From positions 17,980,001 to 18,044,000 of the forward strand of contig OX597833.1 of NCBI GenBank assembly GCA_951406725.2: 64,000 nt of DNA, written 5' to 3'. Position numbers and translations under genes: made by a program. This stretch comes from Octopus vulgaris. Taxonomy: Eukaryota. This document shows, one piece after another, positions 40,115 to 54,414 of the stretch. The notes below the pieces were generated by a model. That model made no database searches. It had not been told where the DNA came from and saw only the letters and a program-made list of their open reading frames with translations. Every line of letters begins with the position of its first letter. Within the stretch, counting starts at the first letter, position 1.

Positions 40115-40970
40115 AAGAAGAAGAAGAAGAAGAAGAAGAAGAAGAAGAAGAAGAAAGAGGATGAGGAGGAGGAGAAGGAAGAGGAGAAGAAGAAGATGAG
40201 GAAGAAGAAGAAGGAGGCGGAAAGAAAGAAGAAGAAGAAGAAGAAAAAGTAGAAGAAGAAGAAGAAGAAGAAGAAGAAGAAGAAGAAGAAGAAGACGAAG
40301 AAGAAGAAGAAGAAAGAGGAGGAGGAGGAGGAGAAGGAAGAGGAGAAGAAGAAGAGGAGGAAGAAGAAGAAGGAGGCGGAAAGAAGAAGAAGAAGAAGAA
40401 GAAGAAAAAGTAGAAGAAGAAGAAGAAGAAGAAGAAGAAGAAGAAGAAGAAGGAGAATAATAATAATAATAATAAGAAGAAGAAGGCTAGTAACAATAAT
40501 AATCTTGGTATAAAAGATGGTCTACAGTAAATATTCTGCTCAGTATCACAGATTTGCTTGTCACTTGCTTGACTTTAACCAGTTGAGCATGTCCCTCAGT
40601 GGCTGACGATATGTGCATCTCTGATCACGAGCGGAAGTAGTGGGGGAGCATCATAGCCACCTGTCGACAGGAATTTTTTGGGGTTTGATTAACACCCCTC
40701 TGGAAACGTGGGTGTTTCGTTCATCATCCTTAAAACAAACCTTATTCAGGGACCTTTTGTGCAGGATGGGCTACTCGACGTGAAGAAAATTCTAACTGGG
40801 CCCTACCTGCAAAGTCATGCACTGTTTATCTTGAGATGAGATCACCATGTCGCGCACATATGGTTGTCATGCATGTGCCTGGTGGACCTTTATCACGCGG
40901 GTATCACGCTTCGTATATCTGTATCCTAGTGTCACTTTGATGGCATGACCTGCCCTCTCACTAAGCAATA
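39468..40970 (+). mobile_element. Two copies of an unclassified repeat of about 550 bp (family E) in trinucleotide tracts
   Basis: 39468-40025 and 40503-40970 align along their length (tataaaagatgg...gtgtcactttgatggcatg...tcact); internally deleted inverted copy at 41144-41254. Confidence 0.8.
40031..40490. repeat. (TAG)n then (GAA)n/(GGA)n polypurine tract with an internal duplication
   Basis: Directly visible; the block ...gaaggaggcggaaaga...aaaagtag occurs twice. Confidence 0.9.
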
Positions 40971-40995
40971 ATAATAATAATCACAATCATCATAA

Positions 40996-41029
<34 letters not shown>

Positions 41030-41063
41030 CATCTCCTCCTCCTCCTCCTCCTCCTCCTCCTCC

Positions 41064-41103
<40 letters not shown>

Positions 41104-41252
41104 TATTATTATTACTAATATTATCATTATTATTATTATTATTGAGTGAGAGGGCCTATCTTTTATACCAAGGCAAAATATGTACATGATAACACTTTCA
41201 ATCAGTTAAGGTCAGAAGCTATGCAAGTCAGTGTCTGCTACTACATCAGAGC

Positions 41253-41739
<487 letters not shown>

Positions 41740-42420
41740 GAAGTACAAGAAGGACATGAAGAAGAATTACGCAGAAGTACAAAAAGAACATAAAGAACAG
41801 AAAAATAGGTGGGATTGGCTGATGAAAGGAACCCTAAAAAAAGAAACCGAGAGCATTATACTGGCAACATAGGACCAAGCTTTGGCCACTAACTGGAGAG
41901 TCAACCTTAGAAATGAGCAAGTGACTCCGCTGTGCTGCATCTGTAATAGAGTAGGTGAAACCATTGCCCATATCCCGAACGAATGCCTTAGACTTGCTCA
42001 AAACCACTACAAATTGTGGCGACACGAATAGGCAGCGAAAGTACTACTTTGGAAACTGTACGAAAAGTTGGAGCTAGAGAGAGGCAAGATTTGGTATGAG
42101 CACAAAACGCTGAGACTGATGGTATCGGAGACTAACAAAATCAAATGTGTTGCATAATCTGCATTTAAGATCAGAACTGTTTTGAAGAACGTTAGCATGG
42201 TAGTTTTTGGTAAGCAAGCTTTGATCTTGTGCCGCCAATATGAAACCTTCACTCTCTGCTTTCAGTCCTGAACTTCTCAGTCACTGATGGGAAGTTGCTT
42301 GGTCTACACCAGCATTTCGACTTCGAAGTATATATACTGTCCATGCAGAGGCTTCTGGTTCCACCGCTCCTCAATTTGTTTCTGCCCGACCCTTTTTGTT
42401 TTAGTGGCAGTGGTTTCAGG
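41740..42420. mobile_element. Two convergent Dong/R4-like LINE fragments
   Basis: Plus strand: WDWLMKGTLKKETESIILAT*DQAL...CCICNRVGETIAHIPNEC (CCHC knuckle). Minus strand 42140-42420: KPLHGQY...SHQ*LRSSGLKAESEGFILAAQDQSLLTKNY...KCRLC. Confidence 0.8.
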
Positions 42421-42421
42421 T

Positions 42422-42494
<73 letters not shown>

Positions 42495-42927
42495 GTTATT
42501 ATTACTATTATTATTATTATTATTATTATTATTGTTGTTGTTATTATTATTTAGGCGGAGAGCTGGCAGATTCGTTTGCACGCGAGGCAAAATGCATAAC
42601 ATTTCGTCGGGTTTAACGTTCTGACTTCAAATTCCGTCGAAGTCGACTTTGTTTTTCATCTTTTCGAGACCGATGAATTAAAGGCCACTTCAGCACTAGA
42701 GTCGATGTAATCGGCTTACCCTCTCCGCACAAATATCAGACCTAGTGCCTATAGGAGAAGAGGTTATTACTAGGAAGGTGAGTAGCTGAAAAAGAATTGA
42801 GCAACGGATTGCTTGCCTTATGTACATACGAACCACATAGTTCCGGGTTCAGTCCCACTGAGTGGCACCTAGGGCTGACCAAAGCCTTGTGAGTGGATTT
42901 GGTAGACAGAAAATGAAAGAAGCCCGT

Positions 42928-42958
<31 letters not shown>

Positions 42959-42959
42959 A

Positions 42960-44251
42960 CGAGGGGCGTTCAATAAGTAATGCCTCTGACCCACTTGCAG
43001 TTATTTGATCTAGCTGAGATTTTGCATGTGTAATTATTTATATCTCTATAGATTAAGTGGCAAATTACAGCTCCGAACTAATAGTGGTTTCTGATTTACA
43101 TGTGTTTGAAATGAGTCAAGTGGGAAATGGAGCATGTTGAGTGTCGAGAAGTGATCCGGTTTTTGTATTTGAAATGACACACACCACAGGAGACTTTTGA
43201 TAAAATGAAAATAACTTATGGTGATGATGCCCCATCATATGACCTTGTAATACGCTGGCATCGTGAATTCAAACATGGTCGGAACTCTGTGGAAACAGCT
43301 CCCAGATCTGGTCGCACCCCTTCTGTCATTGATGAGGCATCTGTCCGTCAAGTTGAGGCTGCCATTTTGGAAGATGGACGCATAACTATTCGCCAAATAG
43401 CCCATGAGGTCAAGATTAGTACCGGGTCTGTGGAAACTATCATTCATGACCATTTGCATATGCAAAAGGTGTCTGCCAGAGGGATTCCCAGGTTGCTCAC
43501 ACTTTTCCTGAAGCAAGAACGCGTCGAGTGCTCGAGGATGAATTTAGGGATGTGCCAAGAAGATGAGTCAAAATTTTTCAAAAGACTGATTACACAGGAT
43601 GAGACCTGGGTCCTTCACCATGATCCAGAGACCAAAGCCCAGTCAATGCAGTGGAAGCACCATGACTCACCTCCTCCAAAGAAGGCAAGGGTGCAGCCCT
43701 CCGCTGGCAAGGTCATGCTCACAGTCTTCTGGGACCAGGACGGAGTAGTGATGACAGATTTCCTGGCAAAGGGTACCACAATTACAGGAGCCTATCATGC
43801 TTCACTTTTGAGGAAATTAAGAGAAGCTATCAAAACCAAGAGGCGGGGCAAGATCACCAAAGGCATCCTCCTCCTGCAGGACAACGCTCCGGTCCACAAC
43901 TCGCGTGTCGCCAGATCAGAAGCACAGGCGTGCGGCTATGAACACTTCCCCCATCCCCCTACTCTCTTGACCTTGCACCCTCTGATTTTCACCTCTTCCC
44001 AGCCATGAAGTTGTTTTTGAAAGGAAAGCGTTTCCAAGATGATGCAGCCTTGATTACTGAAGTCACGTCGTGGTTGGAGGACCAAGCTGGGGTCTTCTAT
44101 GAAAACGGTCTCCAGAGCTGTATCAAACGATGGAAGAAATGCGTAACTCTGGGTTGTTCCTATGCTGAAAAAGACTAATACCTGTGCCAAGTTTCGTTGC
44201 TCTACTGCTATGGGAAGTGGGTCAGGGGCATTACTTATTGAACGCCCCTCG
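42960..44251 (+). mobile_element. Near-full-length mariner transposon, about 1.29 kb, nested in a SINE A microsatellite
   Basis: TIRs cgaggggcgttcaataagtaatgcc.ctgacccactt / aagtgggtcaggggcattacttattgaacgcccctcg with TA duplication; SINE A halves at 42830-42930 and 44355-44570. Confidence 0.95.
43127..44178 (+). pseudogene. Mariner DD34D transposase pseudogene
   Basis: ATG at 43127, premature TGA at codon 17, motifs RSGR, TQDETW, QDNAPVH; a frameshift near 43958 leads into YSLDLAPSDFHLF...; 34 residues between the second and third catalytic D. Confidence 0.92.
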
Positions 44252-44283
44252 TATGTATGTATGTATGTATGTATGTATGTATG

Positions 44284-44317
<34 letters not shown>

Positions 44318-45284
44318 TGTATGTATGTATGTATGTATGTATGTATGTGTATATGTTTGTGTGTCTGTGTTTGTCCCCCTACACACACATCGCTTGACAT
44401 CCGTTGCTGGTGTGTTTACATTCTCGTAACTTAGCGGTTCGGCAAAAAGCGACCGATAGAATAAGTACTAGAGCTTACAAAGAATAAGTCCTGGGGTCGA
44501 GTTGCTCGACTAAAAGGCGCTGCTCTAACATGGCCACAGTCAAATGACTGAAACAAGTAAACGAGTACCTCGGAAGCTTGCCGGAATCGACTTTCAACTC
44601 CCCAACAACAACAGTAACTATAACAACAACATTTACAATAATGGTTCCAAATTTTGGCACAAGGCCAGCAATTCCGGGGGAGGGGTAACTCAATTATATT
44701 GATCTCAGTGTTCAACTGGTACTTATTTTTTCGACCCCAAAACGAAGTAAGGCAAAGTTGACCCCGGCAGGATTTGAACTCAGAAAGTAAAGACGGACGA
44801 TATGCCACTAAGCATTTTCCCCGGTGTGCTGTCGATTCTGCCAGCTCGCCGCCTTAACATTTATAATAATAACACCATGAAAAACTCGACAGCTTTTAGA
44901 TTCACCATTCGCTCCAGTTTAAGTTTGACAAAACCAGTTGAGAGCAACTAAGTCCTACATTCAGTATTGTGGCGTGAGATGAACATCAGAAGAGGAAATA
45001 AATTGTTTTATGAGAGGTTGTTGACTTTTGGTGCACAAAAAAAGAAAGAATATGAAAAAGAATGAGGTATTTGGCGGGGAGGGGGGTAATTTCATATTTG
45101 TGTGTGTTGCGGGATAAATATTCGTTGCATACATCGAGAATGCATTTCTGTACAAAACCTAGGAAGAATGCTCACAAGACTTTGTTGCTTGTCTTGTTTT
45201 CCATTTGTTTCTTTCGTTGTTCGCAAAAAGGTTCGTATTCCATGTTTTTGTATTTCATGTTGTTTACGTTCTGTAAACAACAAC

Positions 45285-45336
<52 letters not shown>

Positions 45337-45954
45337 CATAGTATATATACAACAGGCTTCTATCAGTTTCCGTGAACTAAAATCTACCTACAAGCTTTTG
45401 GTCGGCCCAATGCCATAGTAGAAGACTTTTGTACAAGGTGTCACGCAGTGATACTGAATCCGGACCCATGTGGTTGGGAAACAAATTCTTACCATACAAC
45501 CACGCCTGTACCTAGAATTTAGAAAAATAAACAGATTCCTTTATAGGAGAGCAGGGAAACCGCCCTTACTAAAATCCCGGATTACTCTGCCATCTTCAAG
45601 GATTGGGAACTGCCAACTTCCGGTTTCTTTTCTTCTGTTTAGGGAAGCATACTCAAAGTAGGCCCGTTCTTCCTTGCCAAGAGTTGCTATTCTCATCTGT
45701 CTTTCGATAAATATACTAGAAGGTACCATTTCTTTCTCGCTTTCTCTCGCACTCTCTCCCTCTCTCCCTCTCTCTCTCTTTGTCTTTGTCTGTTTGTCTG
45801 ACAGCTTGTCAGTTTGTCTGTCCTTCTTTCCCTCTGTCTCCCCTCATCCCCCCCTCTCTCAGCCCTCACCTTCAACTTCAAATGATACTTGAAGAAATTG
45901 ATGAAAGCTTGGCCAAATAGGAAATAATAATCAAAGAACATTAATAAAAGTATT

Positions 45955-46020
45955 AATGATGATGATGATGATGATAATAATAATAATAATAATAGTAATA
46001 ATAACAACAACAACAACAAC

Positions 46021-46058
<38 letters not shown>

Positions 46059-46060
46059 TG

Positions 46061-46108
<48 letters not shown>

Positions 46109-46171
46109 GTAATACTACAACTACTACTAATGATAATGATGATAATAATAATAGTAATAATGATGATGATG

Positions 46172-46247
<76 letters not shown>

Positions 46248-46254
46248 TAATGAC

Positions 46255-46325
<71 letters not shown>

Positions 46326-46330
46326 GAACA
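45955..46330. repeat. (AAT)n/(GAT)n microsatellite
   Basis: Directly visible. Confidence 0.95.
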
Positions 46331-46699
46331 ACAACAGCAATATTTATAAATAATAACAGTAGCAATAAACGGTAAAAAAAAATACGAAAACAGCATGAGT
46401 AATAAATTTCCAGATGTGTATGATACGACTTCAATAAGCTGAAGCAATGAGAGAGAATTGGTGAAGTGAGGTGACTGGCGAGGTGGGGTCGGGTGGGGGT
46501 GGGGTGGGGGTCGTCAAAGAAAAGCTGTGATATATACTGTGTGGGTGGGAGGGGGGTGAGTACGAAGCTGTTGATAGGCTCCTTGGATTCTTGAATTTGG
46601 TAAAAGAAAAAAATGGCTGCTAAAAATCTGTGATGGAACTATCGGACTAATTGAGCTGTAGACTAACAGCTCAATGTTATTCATATGTATATATATATA

Positions 46700-46878
46700 C
46701 GTATATATATCTCCTTCTTTCTGTGTTTTTCTCTCTCTGTGTATCTTTCTGTTGAAGAGCGTAGGCTCGAAACGTTAAAGACTTGTTTTATTTATATTTC
46801 CTGAGTGCCATACTAATACAATTGTTCGTTTGTTTTCCACCTGCCTTCGTCTTTTGTTTATTTTCATAAAGCTTCCCG

Positions 46879-46880
<2 letters not shown>
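46700..46880 (+). mobile_element. Penelope-like pLTR remnant with degenerate hammerhead-like motif
   Basis: TCTTT CTGTTGA A GAGC GTAG GCTC GAAACGTT AAAGA at 46744-46781, with U in place of A6; flanked by (TA)n. Confidence 0.55.
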
Positions 46881-46945
<65 letters not shown>

Positions 46946-46946
<1 letters not shown>

Positions 46947-47331
46947 TAGCAGTAACCCCCAGTTTTGCTCGGGTTTGTTTTCGACCCTTTAGAATTGGAA
47001 TTTTTGAAAAGTAAAAATTTTGCATTATGTAGTTCTTTAAGTGAACATTTTTCTGGTTGAAATACAGCGAAAAATGGCGACACAGCAGTCAAAAAAATCG
47101 TAAAAAGTAGGGATTTTCACAGAAAAAAAGCACCTTTTTGATGTAAATAGTTTTTGGTGTTAACATGGTCCGATTTGAATTTTTTTCTTCAAGGGAAGAA
47201 AGAGCAAGCCGTCTTCTATCATACTCTCAATTTTGGTCAACTTGCGCCGCAGGGTCTCGGAGGAGATAGTGTTTGTTGAAGGCTACCAAACCTGCCACAC
47301 ACAGACAACTTCAGCTTTATATATAGAGAGA
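46946..47331 (-). mobile_element. Non-autonomous Helitron
   Basis: Minus strand A|TCTCTCTATATATAAAG...CCCGAGCAAAACTGGGGG TTACTG CTAG|T: 5' TC, subterminal imperfect hairpin, 3' CTAG, inserted between A and T with no duplication. Confidence 0.85.
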
Positions 47332-47521
47332 TTCTTTTATTTGTTTCAGTCATTTGACTGCGGCCACGATGGAGCACCGCCTTTAGTGGAAACAAATCGA
47401 CCCCCAGGACCTATTCTTTGTAAGCCTAGTACTTATTCTATCGGTTTCTTTTGCCGAACCGCTATGTTACAGGGAACGTGAACACACCAACATCGGTTGT
47501 CAAGCGATGGAAGGGCGACAA

Positions 47522-47553
<32 letters not shown>

Positions 47554-48609
47554 ATGTCTTATTCTCTAATCTCTTTTGCTTTCCTTCCTCACTTACCTCC
47601 CTTGTACTTTTCTCTCTCTCTCTCTCTCTCTCTCTTCCTCCCTCTCATTCTTTGGTTCCCTCTTATTTCTGTCCCCTCTCTCCTACTTTCTTAGTCCCTC
47701 TTCCCTCTTCAACTCCTCCCCTCCCCTCCCCTACCACGTAATCGCTGTCCTGTTTAGGCATTGTCGACCTTTTACGGCTGGCTGCCATTGAGGTCAGTCG
47801 CGTTTGTTCTGTTCTGTCCTGCAGCCCGTTTTATTTTTGTTGTAATTGTATAATTATTTTCTTTTTGTTCTACAGCCGAAGGGCGTTTGTCCATTGTATA
47901 TGTATAATTCTATTTCATATGTTACGTTCGTCCGATAGACGAAAGACCCTTTCTATTGTTTACTTATTTGTTTTCGTATATGTACTTTCGTTTGCCTTGC
48001 TCAGGGGCTTAGTGCTTTTAGCTTTAGTCCTTGGCCCAGCCAGTTTCGAGTAGTATCGGAAATAAATGAGTAAAACTCCGTGGACATTCCGGATTTCGAC
48101 TGAAGAGCCAATTGGCTGCGAATGATCCGTGTCTCTTCGTTTATCCTGTTTGCCATTGTTGTGCTTTCGCCTTTTTCCTACATGTTGTGCTTTGACGGTT
48201 CCCTTTTGTTGTGCTTTTTCTATTCTACTTTTGATATATATATATATATATATATATGTTCTGAGTTCAGTCCCACTGCGTGGCACCTTGGGCAAGTGTC
48301 TTCTCCTATAGCCTCGGGCCGACCAGAGCCTTGTCAGTGGATTTGGTAGACGGAAACTGAAAGAAGCCCTGTCGTATACATGTATGAAAAAATATATATG
48401 TATGTGTGTGTGTATATGGTTGTTTGTCTGTATTTGCTCCCCCCAACATCCCCGTAACTTAGCGGTTCGGCAAAAGGGACCGAAAGGATAAGTACTAGGC
48501 TTACAATGAATAAGTCCTGGAGTCGATTTCTTCGACTAAAGGTGGTGCTCCAGCATGGCCACAGTGAAACGACTGAAACAAATAAAAGAGTAAAAGAGTA
48601 AAGAGAGAA

Positions 48610-48640
<31 letters not shown>

Positions 48641-48704
48641 CATATGTATATATATATGTACATATATATGTATATATATATAGATATATATATGTGTATA
48701 TATG

Positions 48705-48765
<61 letters not shown>

Positions 48766-48788
48766 ATATATATATGTGTGTGTGTATG

Positions 48789-48931
<143 letters not shown>

Positions 48932-49453
48932 CGCGAGTGATTATATATATATATATATATATATACCTTCATTATTATTTATCAGAGCAGGTTAGAGCGG
49001 ATCTTTAACATCAGAAAGGGAAAAGAGCGCCACTGAATTTGAATATCAATAACGATGTTTATTACTGATCGAACTTGAGGAAAGATTTCTTTTTTCTCAA
49101 CTGTTCTGCCTATAAATTGTTTAAGTTAAGTACGTATTAGCCGGTCATTTTCTTTACTTGAAAATTTTAGCTTCTCCAGATTTACGCTTAGACATTCGCT
49201 AACATAACTAAATGAACCAACAGTTATTGTTATAAATGTGGATTTATAACCAGGGCGTGAGTGCTACAGGTTTTGAAATAGCTATCCATAAATTTCTCCT
49301 CAGCCATTTTGGAAAGAGATGTTCACGTCCGCGGGGCAGTTAAACTCCATGACCGTTCGTTATTTTTCTTTCCTCGATAACTAAAACACCAGGAGTATTA
49401 TGTTTGCGCTTTGTTGAAGTTTTGATGGGTGTACTCTTTGTGATGATATGCTA

Positions 49454-49527
<74 letters not shown>

Positions 49528-49534
49528 GTATATA

Positions 49535-49570
<36 letters not shown>

Positions 49571-49968
49571 TGTATGTATGTATGTATGTATGTATGTATG
49601 TATGTATGTATGTATGTAGACAATAGCAGAGATGTATATATTTGTCCCCGGGCTATCTTGTGCGGAGAGCATTGTATATTGTTTTAGCAACGACATCATG
49701 TCGCAGTGGGAGGTAGTACCACGATGAAATTTTCTGGGCAGCTACGGGTTACTTTCGAAAAATAATACAATCGACATTTGCTGTTGCATCTCGGGATTGT
49801 TTCACAATAAAGCCATTCTCACGTGATGTTCGTGTCAGCCAGAGATACAAATGCAGAAATATCGAAGCTGTAAAACTTGCACGTTTACAAAAATTATATC
49901 AATTCAGTTTTCTCAGTAAATTTTGACTACCCAGGCAAGTATTGCAAATATTAATAATAATAATGATG

Positions 49969-50035
<67 letters not shown>

Positions 50036-50279
50036 CAACAACAACAATAATAATAATAACAATAATAAATAAATAAAATAAATAAATAAATTGGAATGCA
50101 TGTTGAATATTTTGGAGAGGATATAAAAAGTGTGACGTATGTGACATCGCACAAATTAACATATTTCACCTGAAAATATTGTTTCGAATTTGGGCTCTAG
50201 GGCATTAGAAGGTTAAGTCGATTACATAGACTCCGGTGTTTAACAGATCTTTCTTGCTTTTATTTGTTTTGTTTACGAC

Positions 50280-50535
50280 CCGAAAAGATTAATGGTAAAG
50301 TCGATCTCGCCCAAAGGATTAAAGGTAAAGTTGATCACCAGAATGATTAAAGGTGAAGTCGACCTCACCGGAATGATTAAAAGTGAAGTCGACCTCACCG
50401 GAGGGATTAGAGGTTAAGTCGAACTCGCCAATATGATCAAAGGTGAAGTTGACCTCGGCAGAATTTGAACTCAGACCGTGAAGACAGACGAAACACCGCG
50501 AAGTACTCCCAATATCCTTCCAGGTCACCGCCTTA
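50280..50535 (-). repeat. SINE B copy with an internal 30-bp segment amplified about six times
   Basis: Repeats of gattaaaggtgaagtcgacctcaccg leading into gaatttgaactcag. Confidence 0.75.
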
Positions 50536-51224
50536 ATTTCACCTGCAAATAAAAACTGTAAATCCCTCTGGATTTCTCCAAAGCTTCATCGTGTTTATTT
50601 ACATTGATCTTGAAACTTCAAGAAATACAAATGAGTTTACAGGACTACAAGGTCTGTGGTCACAATTTTCCTTTACCTGGTGTGATGTGTGTGACTAAAA
50701 TGGATGAATATCTTCTATAATAGTGAAGATCCTGAAAAAATTGTCCCAATATCGATATTTGGTCGACACTTGCCCAGATACGTAGGGATTTTCTGCACAG
50801 GAGTGGCTGTGTGGTAAGTAGCTTGCTTACCAACCACATGGTTCCCGGTGGTACCTTGAGCAAGTGTCTTCTACTATAGCCTCGGGCCGACCAAAGCATG
50901 CGAGGGGATTTGGTCGGCGGAAACTGAAAGAATATATATATATGTATGTATGTGTATATGTTTGTGTGTCTTGACAACCGATGCTGGTGTGTTTACGTCT
51001 CCGTAACTTAGCGGTTCGGCAAAAGAGACCGATAGAATAATTACTAGGTTTATAAAGAATAAGTCCTGGAGTAGATTTGCTCGACAAAAGGCGGTGCTCC
51101 AGCATGACCACAGTCAAATGATTGAAACAAGTAAAAGAGTAAAAGAGAGTAAGAGTACGGTCTGTCCATAGCACATTACCTGCCACTCTTTAGGTCTTCT
51201 AGATACCAATACCTTATGGAATGG

Positions 51225-51550
51225 ATGGAAGCACTCTGTCGGTTACGACGACGAGGGTTCCGGTTGATCCGAATCAACGGAACAGCCTGCTCGTGAAATT
51301 AACGTGTAAGTGGCTGAGCACTCCACAGACACGTGTACCCTTAACGTAGTTCTCGGGGATATTCAGCGTGACACAGAGAGTGACAAGGCCGGCCCTTTGA
51401 AATACAACAGAAACAGGAAGTAAGAGTGAGAGAAAGTTGTGGTGAAAGAGTACAGCAGGGATCACCACCATCTCCTGCCGGAGCCTCGTGGAGCTTTTAG
51501 GTGTTTTCGCTCAATAAACAATCACAACGCCCGGTCTGGGAATCGAAAAC
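51225..51550 (-). mobile_element. SINE with family D 5' body and a third tail type
   Basis: Shares ...ccagaccgggcgttgtga..gtttattgagcgaaaacacctaa with D; tail gtcacgctgaat...cgtcgtcgtaaccgac also present at 59660-59910 (+). Confidence 0.7.
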
Positions 51551-51558
51551 CAATACCT

Positions 51559-51667
<109 letters not shown>

Positions 51668-51686
51668 TACAGGCACACACACACAC

Positions 51687-51737
<51 letters not shown>

Positions 51738-52078
51738 GGGTTTCAGTTTCCGTCTACCAAATCCACTCAGAGGGCTGAGGTCGGCCTGTGGTTATAGTTG
51801 AATACATTTGCCCAAGGTGCCAAGGCAGTGGGACTGAAACAAGCAAAAGATAAACAACGTCCATTTATGTTCTCATAACTGTGCTTACTGAATCCAACAT
51901 GGAATGCCGTTGCCATTCTCTTCAGTAAGCCTTGAACAAAATCTCTCGCATAAAAGGAAATGTTATTTTTTTAACTATTACATTAAAGTGGAAAGGAAAT
52001 ACCCAAAGCACTTTTAGACCTGAAGAGAAGAGATAACTGGATGAGGTTACTGTAGCTGTTGTATCTAAATTATCTATA

Positions 52079-52570
52079 AGGCGACGAGCTGGCAGAATCG
52101 TTAGCATGTCGGCCAAAATGCTTAACGGCATTTCATCAATCTATCACGTTCTGAGTTCAAATTCCGCCGGGGTCGACTTTGCATTTTATCCTTTCGAGGT
52201 CGATAAGTTAAGTACCAGTGAAACACTGGGGTTGGTTTAATCGAATAGTCCCCTCCAAAAAAATTTCAAGGCCATCAGAAAAGAATCGTTAGCACGTCGG
52301 ACAAAATGCTTAGCGGCATTTCATCAATCTATCACGTTCTGAGTTCGAATTCAGCCGGGGTCGACTTTGTCTTTCATCCTTTCGGGGTCGATAAATTAAG
52401 TACCAGTGAAACACTGGGATCGATGTAATCGAACAGTCCCCTCCCAAAAAATTTCAAGGCCTTCTGCAGAAAAGAATCGTTAGCACGTCGGACAAAATGC
52501 TTAGCTTTTGGCTCTTTACGTTCTGAGTTCAAATCCTGACGAGATCAACTTTGCCTTGCACCCTTTCTGA
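52079..52570 (+). mobile_element. SINE family B, three tandem units
   Basis: agaatcgttagcacgtcggacaaaatgcttag recurs at about 52095, 52283 and 52474. Confidence 0.8.
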
Positions 52571-52695
52571 TTGTGGAGTAAAAGAGTAAGCGAAACTGAC
52601 CATAAAACGAGTAAACAACACGTATTTTGTAGTTTTAAGCATTCAATATGCATTGTGAGTGGATTTGGTAGACGGAAACTGAAAGAAGCCCGTCG

Positions 52696-52797
<102 letters not shown>

Positions 52798-52897
52798 TAA
52801 TCCAAACATGAAAACACAAAGAGAAAACACAACAATGCGATGACGTGGAACAAATATAGTATTATTGGACACTCAGGAAGGAAGGGAAGAAGGAGGG

Positions 52898-52983
<86 letters not shown>

Positions 52984-53710
52984 TTGTGTGTCTGTATTTA
53001 AGCCCCCAGCATCGCTTGACAACCGATGGTAGTGTGTTTACAGTTCCCGTAACTTAGCGGTTCGGCAAGAGAGACCGATAGAAAAAGTACTAGGCTTACA
53101 AAGAATAAGTCCTGGGGTCGATTTGCTCGACTAAAGGTGGTGCTCCAGCATGGCCACAGTGAAATGACTGAAACAAATAAAGGTAAAAATATGGAGTGGC
53201 TGTGTGGTAAGTAGCTTGCTTACCAACCACATGGTTCCGGGTTCAGTCCCACTGCGTGGCATCTTGGGCAAGTGTCTTCTGCTATAGCCCCGGGCCAACC
53301 AATGCCTTGTGAGTAGACGGAAACTGAAAGAAGCCCGTCGTATATATGTATATATGTATGTTTGTGTGTGTCTGTGTTTTTCCCCCCCCCAACATTGCTT
53401 GACAACCGATGCTGGTGAGTTTACGTCTCTGTAACTTAGCTGTTCAGCAAAAGAGACCGATAGAATAAGTACTAGGCTTACAAAGAATAAGTCCTGGGGT
53501 CGATTTGCTCGACTAAAGGCGGTACTCCAGCATGGCCCCAGTGAAATGACTGAAACAAGTATAAGAGTAAAAAGAGAGTATATATATGACATAGAAATTC
53601 AGTCAAAGACGGTTTTACCATTTGCACGTTCAGCAGCAAGAAGCAAAATGTTATTAACTTTGCCCTAATCTTGTCTTGTCCTCCGAGTATCTGTTATAGA
53701 AATCTCTCTC

Positions 53711-53744
<34 letters not shown>

Positions 53745-54105
53745 TTTTGCTTGGGTGACAAAATTGAGTAACTTAAGATGGATGGAAGCTGTAACTACTT
53801 AAATTGCAATGAAAATATCTCTCCCCCAAAATATATTTGTAACCATTCTGAAATGACATGGAGATTTGCTTTCGTTTTCGCAAATAATTACTTTGACGAA
53901 ATGGAATGTTTGTAACAGAAAACTAATGAAAAAGAAAAAAAGAAAAAAAAGGAAAAGGAAAAGGAAAAAAAACGGTAAAGAAGCTAAAGAATTTTCATAA
54001 CAGCAATCAGAGCTGAACTTTCTTAACGGTGTAAAACCATGGAAGATCGACATTACTTTTATCGTTTTCAGTTTATTTTATTGCACAGACACACAGACAC
54101 AGACA

Positions 54106-54148
<43 letters not shown>

Positions 54149-54321
54149 ATGTATATATATATATATATTTATATATATATGTATATACATAAATATATAT
54201 GTATGTACATGCATATATATGAATATATATATATATGTATATATGTATATATATATATATATATATAGCTATACATATTTATATATACGCATATACATAC
54301 ATACATATATATGTATGTACA

Positions 54322-54414
<93 letters not shown>

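Noticed and set aside
49680-49800. Possible Tc1 transposase trace (GGS..M / WAA.GY)
   Set aside because: Too short and frameshifted to support a call.
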